Assembly: GCA_963704165.1 (NCBI GenBank)
Contig: CAVPHD010000011.1
Location: 128,001 to 192,000, forward strand
Source: an uncultured delta proteobacterium
GTDB taxonomy: Bacteria > Myxococcota_A > UBA9160 > SZUA-336
Reading direction: 5' to 3'
DNA: 64,000 nucleotides
This document shows positions 21,011 to 31,962 of this stretch, piece by piece. The translations under genes and the position numbers were made by a program. A model generated the notes under the pieces. The model did no database searches. It was given only the letters and a program-made list of their open reading frames with translations, and was not told where the DNA came from. Positions within the stretch are counted from its first letter, which is position 1. Every line of letters begins with the position of its first letter.

Positions 21011-21487
21011 TCAGGTCCGCGAGTACGTCCCGACCAGTCGATTCATGCCGAGCGTGTGGGGCTCGATCCGCTCGAGCAGCTGCTGAAGCGTGAGCCCCGG
21101 CTCGAGGCGGAGCTCCTGCTTCAGGGCGAAGATCCAGAAGTAGTAGTGGTGCGTACCGTGACCGGGCGGTGGCATCGGGCCGCCGTAGGCGTTCTTGCCA
21201 AATCCCGTCTTCCCGTTCGTGAAGTCCTTCACCCCTTCGGCCAGCTTCGTGACCGAGCCCGGGATGTTGTAGAGGACCCAGTGGACGAAGCCGTAGCTGC
21301 CGCCGGCGACGAGCGGCGCGTCGGGGTCGTGACAGATCAGCGCGAAGGCGCGCGTTCCGTCGGGCACGTCGCTCCACTCGAGCGCGGGTGAGACGTCCTG
21401 TCCCTCGCCGGTGAATTTCGCCGCGATCCGTCCGCCTGGCTCGAAGGCCGGACTCTCGAGCTGCATCTTCGAAAGCGCAAATCCCAT
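21011..21487 (-). CDS. YbhB/YbcL (PEBP, Raf kinase inhibitor-like) protein
   Basis: SPALEW, DPDAP, FVHWVLYNIP, YGGPMPPPGHGTHHY. Confidence 0.92.
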   Translation of the reverse strand: MGFALSKMQLESPAFEPGGRIAAKFTGEGQDVSPALEWSDVPDGTRAFALICHDPDAPLVAGGSYGFVHWVLYNIPGSVTKLAEGVKDFTNGKTGFGKNAYGGPMPPPGHGTHHYYFWIFALKQELRLEPGLTLQQLLERIEPHTLGMNRLVGTYSRT

Positions 21488-21614
21488 GCTCGACCTCCTC
21501 GGCGTTCGTCCGCCGCCGTCGCGCCGAACGTACTCGCTCGGTCGCGCGAGCGCGAGCGTCGTATGATGTCGGTGATCCGCTTGAGAAGCGCGTGAACCCG
21601 AGGAGCGAGCGAGC

Positions 21615-21821
21615 ATGGCGCGGATGATCTGCCCGGACTGCAAGACCGAAGTTCCCGCGGTGGCCTGGGCGTGTCCCAAGTGCGGAAAGCCCGGCGAACA
21701 CGAGCCCGGTGCGCAGACGGGAAACGAGATCTCGCCGAAGGGCATGATCCTGCTGCTTCTGCTCTTCCTCATCTTCCCGATCGCCCTCTTCCTCATTCAC
21801 ATCTTCGTACCCGGAATGTGA
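21615..21821 (+). CDS. Small zinc-ribbon membrane protein
   Basis: CPDC...CPKC followed by one hydrophobic helix. AGGAG RBS. Confidence 0.65.
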   Translation: MARMICPDCKTEVPAVAWACPKCGKPGEHEPGAQTGNEISPKGMILLLLLFLIFPIALFLIHIFVPGM

Positions 21822-21861
21822 TCGCGACGATCCTCATCCCTCTTCACCGCAGGAGCACAAC

Positions 21862-23073
21862 GTGAGATTCGGAGTCTTCTACGAGCTGCAACTTCCGAAA
21901 CCCTGGACGCAGGACTCCGAGCACCGACTGATCCAGGAGGCGATCGAGCAGGTCCAGCTCGCCGACCGGATCGGCATCGACTACGCGTGGGCGGTCGAGC
22001 ACCACTTTCTCGACGAGTATTCGCACTGCTCCGCCTCGGAGGTCTTCCTGACCGCGCTCGCGGCGAAGACCGAGCGGATCCGCGTCGGCTTCGGAATCCG
22101 CCAGGTGATCCCGAACTACAACCATCCCTCGCGCACCGCCGAGGCCGTGGCGATGCTCGACCTGATCTCCGGCGGCCGCGTCGAGTTCGGCATCGGAGAG
22201 GGCGCCACGCGCCTCGAGCTGCACGGCTACGGAATCGAGGCGAAGCGGAAGCAGGCGCTCTCGTTCGAAGCCGCGGAGCAGATCGCGAACATGATGGTGA
22301 TGGAGCCCTACCCCGGGCATCAGGGCGAGGGATTCTCGATGCCCTGCCGCAACGTGCTGCCCAAGCCGCTCCAGAAGCCGCACCCGCCGATGTGGCTCGC
22401 CTGCACGAACCGCAGGACGATCGAGACGGCCGCCCGGAACGGCCTCGGCGCGCTCGCCTTCACGTTCCTCGATCCCGACGAGGCGCGGACCTGGGCCGAT
22501 CTCTACTACTCGATCATCAAGAGCGAAGAGTGCGTTCCGCTCGGCCACAGCGTCAACGCGAACATCGCGATGGTGGCCGGGTTCTCGCTGCACCCCGACG
22601 CGAAGGAAGCGTACCGGCGCGGCATGGATGGCTTCGCGTTCTTCCGGTACGCGATCAACGCGCTGGTCGCGAACGACGCGAAGCCCGGGCGGAGCCGGCT
22701 CTGGGAGGAGTACGAAGAGCTCAAGGGCCGCGAGCTGCCGTCGATCGGCGCGCCCGGCATCGGCACGCCCGCGGACTACACCAAGCTGGTTCGCGGATTC
22801 CAGGACGTCGGCGTCGACCAGATCATCTTCCTGCAGCAGGGCGGCAAGAACCGGCACGCGCACATCTGCGAGAGCCTCGAGCTCTTCGGCCGCGAGGTGC
22901 TGCCGGAGTTCGTCGCGGGCCGCGAGGAGCGCGAGGCGCGCAAGGCGAAGGAGCTGGCGCCGCACATCGAGAAGGCGTTGAAGCGCAAGCGCCGTCTACC
23001 GGAGCTGGCGGACGACGAGATCCCGGTGGTCCGCGCCTCGCGCGAGCGCGAAGCCTTCTACCACAAGGACTGA
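21862..23073 (+). CDS. Luciferase-like (LLM) flavin-dependent oxidoreductase
   Basis: MRFGVFYELQLPKPW, WAVEHHFLDEYSH, LDLISGGRVEFGIG, PKPLQKPHPPMW. Confidence 0.9.
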   Translation: MRFGVFYELQLPKPWTQDSEHRLIQEAIEQVQLADRIGIDYAWAVEHHFLDEYSHCSASEVFLTALAAKTERIRVGFGIRQVIPNYNHPSRTAEAVAMLDLISGGRVEFGIGEGATRLELHGYGIEAKRKQALSFEAAEQIANMMVMEPYPGHQGEGFSMPCRNVLPKPLQKPHPPMWLACTNRRTIETAARNGLGALAFTFLDPDEARTWADLYYSIIKSEECVPLGHSVNANIAMVAGFSLHPDAKEAYRRGMDGFAFFRYAINALVANDAKPGRSRLWEEYEELKGRELPSIGAPGIGTPADYTKLVRGFQDVGVDQIIFLQQGGKNRHAHICESLELFGREVLPEFVAGREEREARKAKELAPHIEKALKRKRRLPELADDEIPVVRASREREAFYHKD

Positions 23074-23074
23074 C

Positions 23075-23619
23075 CTACACCGACCAGCGACGGACGACGT
23101 CGGGCGTGAGGTCCTTGTACTCGGCCTCGTCCGGAAGCGGCCGCTTCAGCCACTTGCGATAGAAGGTGTCGAGGTCGGGCAGGAACTCGAAGTCCGGCGG
23201 ACAGCCCCGCGGCACGGCTTCGACCTCGAGCTGACTTCCGCAGCCCGGACAGATGTACTCGCGGAGCTGCATCCAGCTCGCGTCGGGAAGCTCGCGGCCG
23301 CGATAGACCTCGCCGAGCGACGCCTCGTCGTCGCGCACGTGGATCAGCGCCGAGAGCTTCCAGTTCACCCGGTAGTCGCCGAACTCGTGACCGCAGCGGC
23401 ACTTCACGATGCGCGCGCCCTTCTTGGCGACGATGATCAGCATGCGGCGTGAGCGGCAGCAGGATGCGCTCGCTCCACGGCGACGCGGCCCTGCAGGATC
23501 TCGACGTACTTGTCGAAGCGGTCGAGGTCCTTCGGGCTCTTCATCATGTCCTGGACGGCGGGCCAGGGAAGCACGCCGTCGATCAGCTTCTCGATGTCCG
23601 CCTTGTGAAACTCGGCCAC
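23075..23619 (-). CDS. Acetone carboxylase gamma-subunit-like protein (frameshifted near 23440-23480)
   Basis: Reconstructed KDLDRFDKYVEILQGRVAWSERILLPLTPHLIIV, KCRCGHEFGDYRVNWK, REYICPGCG. Confidence 0.8.
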
Positions 23620-23631
23620 GGTCGGATCTCC

Positions 23632-25842
23632 TCAGAACTCGAAGTCCGCGGGCAGCTTCCAGAACGCCCGCAGCTCGTCGCCGTACTCCGGCGAGAGCTC
23701 CATCGACGTTCGCCACATCGTGAGCACCGCCGGATCCATGTTCTCGCGCGCGGCCACGGCCTTGCGCTCCTTCCGCCCACCACTCCTGGAACGGAACGGC
23801 CTCGCGCTTGCGCTCCTCGCGGATCTCGCTTCGCCGCGCCTCGCTCGCCTCGAGGTCCACGCGCCACTCGTTGCCGCTCGGGCTTCGCGACGACGCCGTG
23901 AATGTCCTCGGCCACCCAGGGTCGCGTCCAGCCCTTGTTGAGATCGTCCTCGACGGCCTTCGGATCGCGATCGATCGGATCGCCCATCGACTGCGCGCCC
24001 GAGATCGGGTGCACGATCAGGTCGTAGTCGGTGAGCGACTGCGGCGTCACGAAGGGCGCGATCAGATCGCTCTCGAGCACGCGCGCCTCGATGTTCTTCT
24101 CCAGGTCCGACTCCGTCGCGTCTCCGCGCTCGTGCACCAGCGGCTTGCTGCCGCGTCGATCAGGTCCTTCACGTTGGTGTCGTGGGCGTAGCTCGGCCGG
24201 TCCGGGAAGCTCGGATAGGCTCCGTACATGCCGTGGTTCGCCAACACCTTGCTGCGTATGCCCGGCGCAGCCGCACTGGTACTCGATTCCCTGGGTGTTG
24301 TGGACCATCCACACGGCCGTGTGGCCGAGACCGCCCCGGAAACGGCCGTAGCCGCTCGAGTCGGGCTCGATGTTCCGGCCCAGGAAGAGGATCGGGTAGT
24401 AGAGCTCGATCATCTCGGCGTTGCCGAAGTCGGCGTTCGGCGTGTAGATGCACCAGGCGCTGTTCTCGCCGTCGGTGAAGCCGCGCGCGGGCGATCCGTT
24501 GCTGGCCTGCTCGAGCGTGAGGCCCGCGACGTAGACGCCGTGCTGGTTCACGCCCGCGAACTCCGCCGTCATGGTCGTCGCCGCTCCGGCCGCCATCTCC
24601 TCGACGAAGCCGCGCATCTGGAAGAGACGACCGAAGACCTCGTACAGGCTGCTGAGCCACATCACGGCCGGAGCCCAGGCGACGCCCGACGATGCCGAGA
24701 AGTCCTTCTCGAACGGGTTCGCCCACGAACCCGACGGCGGCAGCTCGACTTCCCAGGCCGCCTTCGGACCCGAGTTGAACATGTCGAAGCCGATGATGTG
24801 CGAGTAGCCCATCAGGAGACCCGACTCGAGCGCCGTCGGGCTGATGTTCTGGCCGAAGGGCACGGTGCCGCTCGCGCCGCGCAGAGAGATACGCACTCTT
24901 GCGTCGGCCTCGATCTCGAGCTCCATCGGCAGGTTGAAGAGGCAGTCGATGTCCTGCTTGGCGAGCAGCACGCGCTTGCCCTTCATCGCCAGGTCCTTGA
25001 ACTGCGACTTGCGGATGCGGCCCGGCACGGTCTGGCTCCGGACGCGGCCCACGGCGTAGCGGCGGCTGTCCTCGACGTACTCCTTCGCGGCCTCGCGGAA
25101 GAAGTCGAGGCCGTACTTGTCGATCACCTCGATCAGCTTCTCGCGCATCGTGATGCAGCCCGCCAGACGACCACGCGCGTCGCCCATCACGAAGTCCGGC
25201 GTGCGCGTGCGCGAGCGGATGCGCATCTCGTACCAGGGGTAGAAGCGGTCGTTCTCGCCGACCTTCTCCATCGAGATCGGCGACACCGTCGGAGTAGCAG
25301 TCGGGGTTGAGGAAGCCGATCGAGCCGGGCGTGACGGAGCCCGCGTCGACTCACGTGGCGACACGCAGGACGCCCAGGCGATCAGCTCGCCGCTCGTAGA
25401 AGAGCGGCATGCACATGTCGAAGTCGGGCGAGTGGATGCCGCCGTAGTGGGGATCGTTGTTCTCGAAGATGTCGCCCTGCTTGAAGCCCGGATTGTCCTC
25501 GTAGCCCAGGTCGATGAAGTTCTTGATCATGTCGGCGAGCAGACCGGCGTGCGCGGAGATGCCGCGCGAGATGCAGATCGCCTCGCCGGTCGGCAGGTGC
25601 AGGGACCAGAGCGCGTCGCCACCCTCGGCCGCGATCGGCGAACGAGGAGACCTTGCAGCCGATCGGCCCAGGCCGCGTTGCAGAGGTTCGAGAGGATGTG
25701 CCAGACGGCCTCGTAGGTGCCCGGGTCGCTCTCCTTGCGCTCCAGACGCTTCGAGGCCGAACAGGTGGCCCGTCTTCTCGAAAGCCTCGTCGTTCGCGCG
25801 CGTCTGCTCCTTCAGGCTCGGAGTCCTGGACTTCTTGCTCAT
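23632..25842 (-). CDS. Acetone carboxylase alpha-subunit-like (hydantoinase B/oxoprolinase) protein; multiple frameshifts
   Basis: DNPGFKQGDIFENNDPHYGGIHSPD, RTPDFVMGDARGRLAGC, FGNAEMIELYYP, DSSGYGRFRGG, MGDPIDRDP, spread over several frames. Confidence 0.8.
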
Positions 25843-28030
25843 CGCTTGGCCTTCCTTCGCGCGCGGGCTTCGTCTCGCGGCGCGTGATCCAGTAGATGTC
25901 GTGCTCGTCGATGCGCACGTGCCACTCGGCGGCACGAAGAGCGTCGTGTTCGAGGCCTCGATCACCGCCAGGCCGTCGATCTCGTTGCCCGGCACGCAGC
26001 GCCTCCATCTCGCCAGATGTCGGCGTCGTGCCACTTGCCGCGCGTGGAAGACCGGCCGCTTGCCCTTGAAGGCCGCTTCCGGTCGGGCTTCTCGCTCTGC
26101 AGCTTCTGCTTGCGGAGCTTCGGCTTCACCGTGTCGACCTTCGCGATCACGCAGACCTCGGTGACGTGGTAGGTCGGCGCGGTCCGGCTTGCGCGGCCAG
26201 CGTGAACATCTTCGTGTAGAGGTCCTCGAAGGCGTCGAGGAGCTTCTGCAGGTCGGCGGCCGTCTCGAGCTTCGCGACCGGTGACTCGACCTCGACGTCG
26301 TCGAGCTGCCCGTAGTAGCGCATGTAGGCGACGCGCTTGATCGTGGATCTGCTTGCGGCTGAAGCCCTCGCCGACGAGCTCCTGAACGAGCTCCTCCTCG
26401 AGGCGTCTTCCAGGTCGAGCGCGACGGGCTGCATCGACTGCAGCCTGGTCTGTCGCGTCGGCCTCGGGCGTCAACAGGGCCGCCACGCTCTTGTGGCGGC
26501 GGTGCGAGTAGTCCATGCAGGCGCCGCCCCAGGCCGAGAAGGCGCCCGCGTGCGGCACCGTGATCACGGCCTTCCACGGGTAGTCGCCGGCGTAGCCCAG
26601 CAGGTGCAGCGGTCCGCCGCCGCCGTAGCCGAGCAGCACGTACTCGCGCAGGTCGTGGCCGACCATCAGGCTGCGCACGAGGTGCTCGCGCATCATCACG
26701 TTGAGCAGCTCGAGGCAGGTCTCGGCGGCGTCGTAGACGTCCATGCCGAGCGGGTCGGCGATCTTCTCCTTGAAGAGCTGGTAGGAGACGTCCTTGTTGA
26801 CTCTGGACCTTGCCGCCGAGGTAGTTGTGCTCGTTCAGGATGCCGAGCAGCAGGTTCGCGTCGTTGATGGTCGGCGTGGTGTTGCCCGCCTCCATGAAGG
26901 TCGGGCCCGGGGTGCCGCCCGCCGAGTCGGGGCCGAGCTTGATGCGGTTGGTCTGCGGATCGAGGCGGATGTAGGTGCCCGGTGCCCGCGCCGATCGACG
27001 TGATGTCGAGCATCGGCACGTTCACGTACATGTCCTGGAAGCCGGGCTCGCGATCGATCGGCACCACGCCCGCGGTGATCGCGCCGGCGTCGAAGCTGGT
27101 GCCGCCGACGTCGGAGCAGACGATGTTCTGCTCGCCGATCACGGTCGACAGGTAGCGCGCGCCCATCAGGCCGCCGACGGGGCCCGACATCGCCGCCTCG
27201 AAGAGCCGCGGGTAGCGGATGTTCGTGATGCCGCCGTAGCCGAGCACGGTCTTCAGGCTGTGCGCGTAGCCGATCTTCTTGAGCTCCTCCTCGATGCGGA
27301 AGAGCTGCTTGCGCGCGGGCGCCGAGGCGTAGGCCTGGACCACCGTCGCGTTCGCGCGCGAGATCTCGCGCATGGTCGGCGCGACCTGGCTCGAGAGCTC
27401 GAGCGGAACCTCGCGACCGACCTCCTTCATCACCCCGCGCACGATCTCGGCGGCGCGCTCCTCGTGCAGCCGGGTTGACGTAGGACTGCAGGAAGATGAT
27501 CGCGATCGCCTCGCACTCCTCGTCGACGAGCAGCTCGCGCGCGCCCTGCTCGACCTCGTGCTCGTAGATCGGGATCACGACCTTGCCGAACATGTCGATG
27601 CGCTCGGTCACGCCGCGGGCGAGCTTTCGCGGCACCAGCGGGACGCGGTGCTTGCGGTACTGCATGTGCGTGATCTCGGTCCACTGCGCGCCGATGAAGG
27701 TCTGCGAGCCGCGGCCCTGCGCGATGATGTCCTCGAAGCCCCGGGTGACGAGGATGCCGGTCTTGTAGCCGCTCATGTTGATGACGGTGTTGAGCATCGA
27801 GGTGCCGGTGTAGATCGCGGTCTCGATCTGCTCTGCCGAAGCGCCGGCCCTCGAGCTTGGGATCGATGCCCATGTACTCGAGGGCTTCCTCGAGCGACTC
27901 CATGTAGCCGATGCTCTCGTCGTGCGGGCGAGGTCGGGGCCTTGCCGATGACGCTGCGGCCCTCCTCGTCGACGATGATCACGTCGGTCATGGTGCCGCC
28001 GGCATCGCAAGCTACGAGATAACGCGACAT
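25839..28030 (-). CDS. Acetone carboxylase beta-subunit-like (hydantoinase A/oxoprolinase) protein; multiple frameshifts
   Basis: DAGGTMTD, SGPVGGLMG, SDVGGTSFD, PTINDANLLLG, YGGGGPLH, GAFSAWG, MRYYGQLDDVEV. Confidence 0.82.
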
Positions 28031-28171
28031 CGAAATCCTGTGCCTCCCGCTCCGCCCCGGCTCCTGCGAGCCCGACCGGGACCGAGGTCGGACTCTATCG
28101 GAACCGAGCGTCCGGAGGAATCCGGGCGAGGACGGTCGAAGACGCGGGCGCGGACCGGGCGCGAAGTCCGT

Positions 28172-29077
28172 CTAGGAGCCGTTCCCGTCGCTGGCTCTGC
28201 ACTTCGCGTGGTAGGCGGAATTGAAGACCACGTAGGCGCCGCAGCGGGAGCAATCCACGTCGTTGCCGTAGCAGCAGAACGGCCGCTCGAACTCGCCCCC
28301 CTGGCCGAGGTAGAGCGGCAGGATCCGGCGCGCCAGGCAGCGCTCGCCGTTCTCGCCGGTGTATTCGAGCGATACGTCCGAGAGCATCAGCTCGAGCGCG
28401 CCGATGTTGGACTTGACCAACTCCGGCTCGCGCCGCTTGAGCGCGATCACGCGCCGGATCACCTCGTCTCGCTCGCGCAGATCGGTCCAGGCCAGCGTGC
28501 TCTTCTCGCTCCGCGTCGGGACGTAGAACGTGAACGCCACGCCGTCGATCGGCCAGTGCTTCACCTCGTCCACGAAGGCCTCGAGACCCGACTCGTTCTC
28601 GCGCGTCAGCGTCATCTGGAGGATCAGCGTCGTACCATCCCCGGGCGCGCGCTCGTGGACCGCCTGCTTGACCTTCTCGAAGACGCCCTCGCCGCGGATC
28701 CGGTCGTTCAGCTCCCGTGGGCCGTCGAGAGAGACCGACACCGTGTGTCCCGGAACGCTGGGGATACCGTACGTGCCGTTGGTCGCGATCGAGGCCTCCT
28801 TGAAGAGCTCGATCGCGCGCAGCACCAGCCCCCGGCGGATCATCGGCTCGCCGCCCATGAACATCATGGACTCGATCCCGTGCCGATCCCGCAGCACGCG
28901 GAGCTGGTGCAGCATGGTCTCGTCGTCCATGCGATCGCGCACCCGATTCGGATTGTCGGCCCGGAACACGAAGCAGTGACGACACTCCAGGTTGCAGACG
29001 TTCGTCACGTTGACGATCGCGGCCCGGTGGCGTTCGCCACCGAGGTCGGGCGGATCGCGGAGCTTCGCGTTCGTCAT
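28172..29077 (-). CDS. Radical SAM protein with C-terminal Cys cluster
   Basis: CNLECRHC (CxxxCxxC), GGEP, VSLDG and C-terminal C...CC...CSRC. Confidence 0.9.
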   Translation of the reverse strand: MTNAKLRDPPDLGGERHRAAIVNVTNVCNLECRHCFVFRADNPNRVRDRMDDETMLHQLRVLRDRHGIESMMFMGGEPMIRRGLVLRAIELFKEASIATNGTYGIPSVPGHTVSVSLDGPRELNDRIRGEGVFEKVKQAVHERAPGDGTTLILQMTLTRENESGLEAFVDEVKHWPIDGVAFTFYVPTRSEKSTLAWTDLRERDEVIRRVIALKRREPELVKSNIGALELMLSDVSLEYTGENGERCLARRILPLYLGQGGEFERPFCCYGNDVDCSRCGAYVVFNSAYHAKCRASDGNGS

Positions 29078-29097
29078 CGCTTCAGATCATGCGTGGC

Positions 29098-29986
29098 TCA
29101 CGGCCGGTCGGGCGTCTGATACTCCAGCCCGATCCGCCCGAGCCGCACCTTGAACTCCTTCAGCACGGTGTCGCCGAGCACCGCTTCCATTTCCTTCGGC
29201 GAAGCGGTCGTCAGGTTGGCGCCGTGCCAGACCACCGGCCCTTCCCTGAGCCCGGCCTTCGCGCCGAGCTCGCGGCCGACCTCCATCGCTTCGCCCGTGC
29301 GCTTGAACGCGCTCGAGAACGTCGCGAGCATGTGGTACGACATGTCCTTCTGCATCTTCTCGATCTCGGGCTTCTTCTCCGGGTGCTCCGCGATCAGGGA
29401 ACCGATGCGGTTCTCGCCGAAGCCGACGTGGCGGCGCTCGTCGGCGATCGTGCCCGAGAGCGTCTGGGCGAACGTCGGGTTCGCGGTCTGCATTCCCGCG
29501 TACATCATCTCGAAGACGCTGAAGGCCATGCCCTCGAGGACGATGTTCTGGCCCACGACGCCGGCGATGAAGTCCTTCTTCTCGACCTTCTCGAGCAGCA
29601 CGCCGGCGAAATCGACGAGGTGCGGGTTCGCGCGCTGCTTCGAGACGTCCTCGAGCTCCGTCTTCTTGACGCCGAGGTCGAAGAGGCGCTGCGTGAAGAT
29701 CTCGACGTGGCGCGCCTCGTCGAGTGTCTGCGTCGCCAGGAAGCGCTTGCTCGCCTCGTCCGGAGCCGAGTTGATCAGTCCCGAGGACGCGGCCAACGCG
29801 CAGCGCTCGCCGATCACCAGCAGCACCGTCGTGTCGATGGCCTGTTCGCGAAGGACCGGGTTCTCGAGCACCAGCTCGGGCTCCTTGGCGCCCGTGCGCG
29901 TGGCCGAAGCTCGTGTGCTCGAGGTAGCCCTGCGGACAGGATTCGAGCCAGCGCTGGATCGAGTAGCCGGAGAGGAAGTCGGACAT
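29098..29986 (-). CDS. Ferritin-like di-iron carboxylate protein (frameshift near 29895)
   Basis: E(RCAL)...DEARH...E(GMAF)...DERRH, the E/ExxH/E/ExxH ligand pattern. AAGGAG RBS. Confidence 0.8.
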
Positions 29987-30060
29987 CGCGGTTCTCCTTG
30001 TGCCCCGGGGAGAGAGGGGCAACTCGCACCCCTTGAGTACGCGAGATCCCGAACCCCGCC

Positions 30061-30076
30061 TATGACTTCGGTCATA
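30061..30076. promoter_or_regulatory. Palindrome TATGAC-TTCG-GTCATA upstream of the di-iron gene (candidate operator or hairpin)
   Basis: Perfect 6-bp AT-rich arms within a GC-rich intergenic region. Confidence 0.5.
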
Positions 30077-30177
30077 TCGAAGGCGTCCCGCCCGGAACGG
30101 GCGATTCGCCGCGCTTCCGAGTCGCATCTGCACGCGTGCTGCGCGCTCGAGGGGACCGCTGCGGATGCGAAGAGCGA

Positions 30178-30753
30178 TCAGGGCTTGGGAGCGGCGGGAC
30201 GCGCCTTCAGGTAGCGCTCGCGATCCTTCGGGGTCGCGCCCGCGTGCTTGACCTCGCCCGGGCCGACGGCGCGGGTGATCGACGCGAACTCGAGCAGGAT
30301 GCCGTCGGGGTCGCGGAAGTAGATCGACCGGACCCACACGCCGGGGTGCATCTTCTTCGCGACCTGACTCTCCGACTCGTCGTGGTTGATCAGCTCGGTC
30401 ACGGCGACGCCCTTGGCGATCAGCTTCTCCCGATACTCCTCGATCTTCTCGGCGGGCACGTCGAACGCCACGTGGTTCATCGACGCGTGCGCCGTCGTCA
30501 GGCTCGGAGCGCCGGGTGAGGCCACGCCGGGAGCCGCCGGGGGCGAGTCCGGGAACCAGAAGAACGCGAGCAGGTTGCCGTTTCCGATGTCGAAGAAGAA
30601 GTGCTGACCGATCCCGTCCGGCAGGTCCAGCGTCTTGACCAGCGGGATGCCGAGCACGTTCGTGTAGAAATCCACCGTGCGCGCCATGTCGCTCGTCACC
30701 AACGCCAGGTGGTTGATCCCTCGCAGCTCGAATTCCTTGTTCTCGACCGTCAT
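30178..30753 (-). CDS. VOC/glyoxalase family protein
   Basis: GINHLALVTSDMARTVDFY, HFFFDIGNG, MNHVAF, SIYFRDPDGILLEF. Confidence 0.9.
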   Translation of the reverse strand: MTVENKEFELRGINHLALVTSDMARTVDFYTNVLGIPLVKTLDLPDGIGQHFFFDIGNGNLLAFFWFPDSPPAAPGVASPGAPSLTTAHASMNHVAFDVPAEKIEEYREKLIAKGVAVTELINHDESESQVAKKMHPGVWVRSIYFRDPDGILLEFASITRAVGPGEVKHAGATPKDRERYLKARPAAPKP

Positions 30754-30774
30754 CACGTCCTCCTGGACCACAGC

Positions 30775-31962
30775 TTACCACGGAGCTCGGGGCGATCCGG
30801 CGCGCCCGCGATTCGGAGCGAGCCCGAAGCGCTCGCGGTAGCCCCCGAGCCGTGTCTCGACGTCCCGCGCGTCGAGGCCGTACCGCTCGAGGTCGTAGTC
30901 GTGCTCGCCGTGCCGACCCTGCGGATGGGCGTCGACGTGGGCGCGCATCGCGAGCGCGACGTCGGCCCCGAGATCGAGTCCGAACCGGTCGTAGATCTCG
31001 CGCGCCACGCGCATCGGATCCGCGACGAAATCGTCGTACGCGACGTCCACGAAGCGGGACGCGTCGGCGCGATCTCGATGCGCGAGCCCGCGTTCGAGGC
31101 TGGCGGCGAGATACGAAAGCACGCGCGGGCCCAGATCGGGAAGGGGTGCGAAGCTCCGTGATGCCAGCAGCGCCTCGATCATGCTGCAGTACGACGCCAC
31201 GCTCTCGCACGGGTCGCGATGCGTGAACACGATGCAGGCGTCCGGCAGGAGCTCGAGCAGAACGTCGAGCGCCCAGAGGTGCGCGGGGGACTTCAGCAAC
31301 CAGCGCTCACCCGCGCGCTGCGACTGCAGCATCCGCAGCAGATCGACGTAGTAACGGTACGCGGGACGCAGATCCTGGCGTTGGAACCACGAGGCGTACG
31401 GCTCGACCAGAACCTCGATGCCCATCTGCACATCGCAGAACGCGTGCGCGAGAAGCAGCACGCATTCCTCGGGCGTGTCGGCGCTCGCGAAGTGGATCTT
31501 CGAGAAATCCGGGTCGCGCTCGCGCATGCGCTCGTATCCCGCCTTGACCGCGACGTAGCGCGGATCCGGCTGACCCGGCGCCTGTCCCTCGAGGGGATCG
31601 GGGAAGAGACCCTCCCAGAGCAGGAGCGGCCGGGCCCGCGCGTCACTCGCCAGAAGGTTGAAGAGCGCCGAGGTTCCGGTGCGCGGAAGACCGGTCAGGT
31701 AGAGCGGCCTTCGGATCTTCTGGGCGTGGATCTCCGGAGAGCTTCGAAATGCCGCGTGGACGCGAAGCCGCGTGCCGAGAAGCTGCACCACGCGACGGAA
31801 TGCGAGCTTGCGCCCTTTCTCGTCGAGGCCAGCGCCGCGATCGTAGGTTTCGAGCAGTACGCGCAGGCCGGGGAGGAATGCTGCGTCACCGAAATCGCCG
31901 AGGCCGGTCGCGACGCGCGCGGCCTCCAGAACGGCGGACTCGGAGAACGTGAACTCACTCAC
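30775..31962 (-). CDS. Sulfotransferase family protein
   Basis: PAPS loop GLPRTGTS, WLLKSPAH, THRDP. Confidence 0.88.
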   Translation of the reverse strand: MSEFTFSESAVLEAARVATGLGDFGDAAFLPGLRVLLETYDRGAGLDEKGRKLAFRRVVQLLGTRLRVHAAFRSSPEIHAQKIRRPLYLTGLPRTGTSALFNLLASDARARPLLLWEGLFPDPLEGQAPGQPDPRYVAVKAGYERMRERDPDFSKIHFASADTPEECVLLLAHAFCDVQMGIEVLVEPYASWFQRQDLRPAYRYYVDLLRMLQSQRAGERWLLKSPAHLWALDVLLELLPDACIVFTHRDPCESVASYCSMIEALLASRSFAPLPDLGPRVLSYLAASLERGLAHRDRADASRFVDVAYDDFVADPMRVAREIYDRFGLDLGADVALAMRAHVDAHPQGRHGEHDYDLERYGLDARDVETRLGGYRERFGLAPNRGRAGSPRAPW

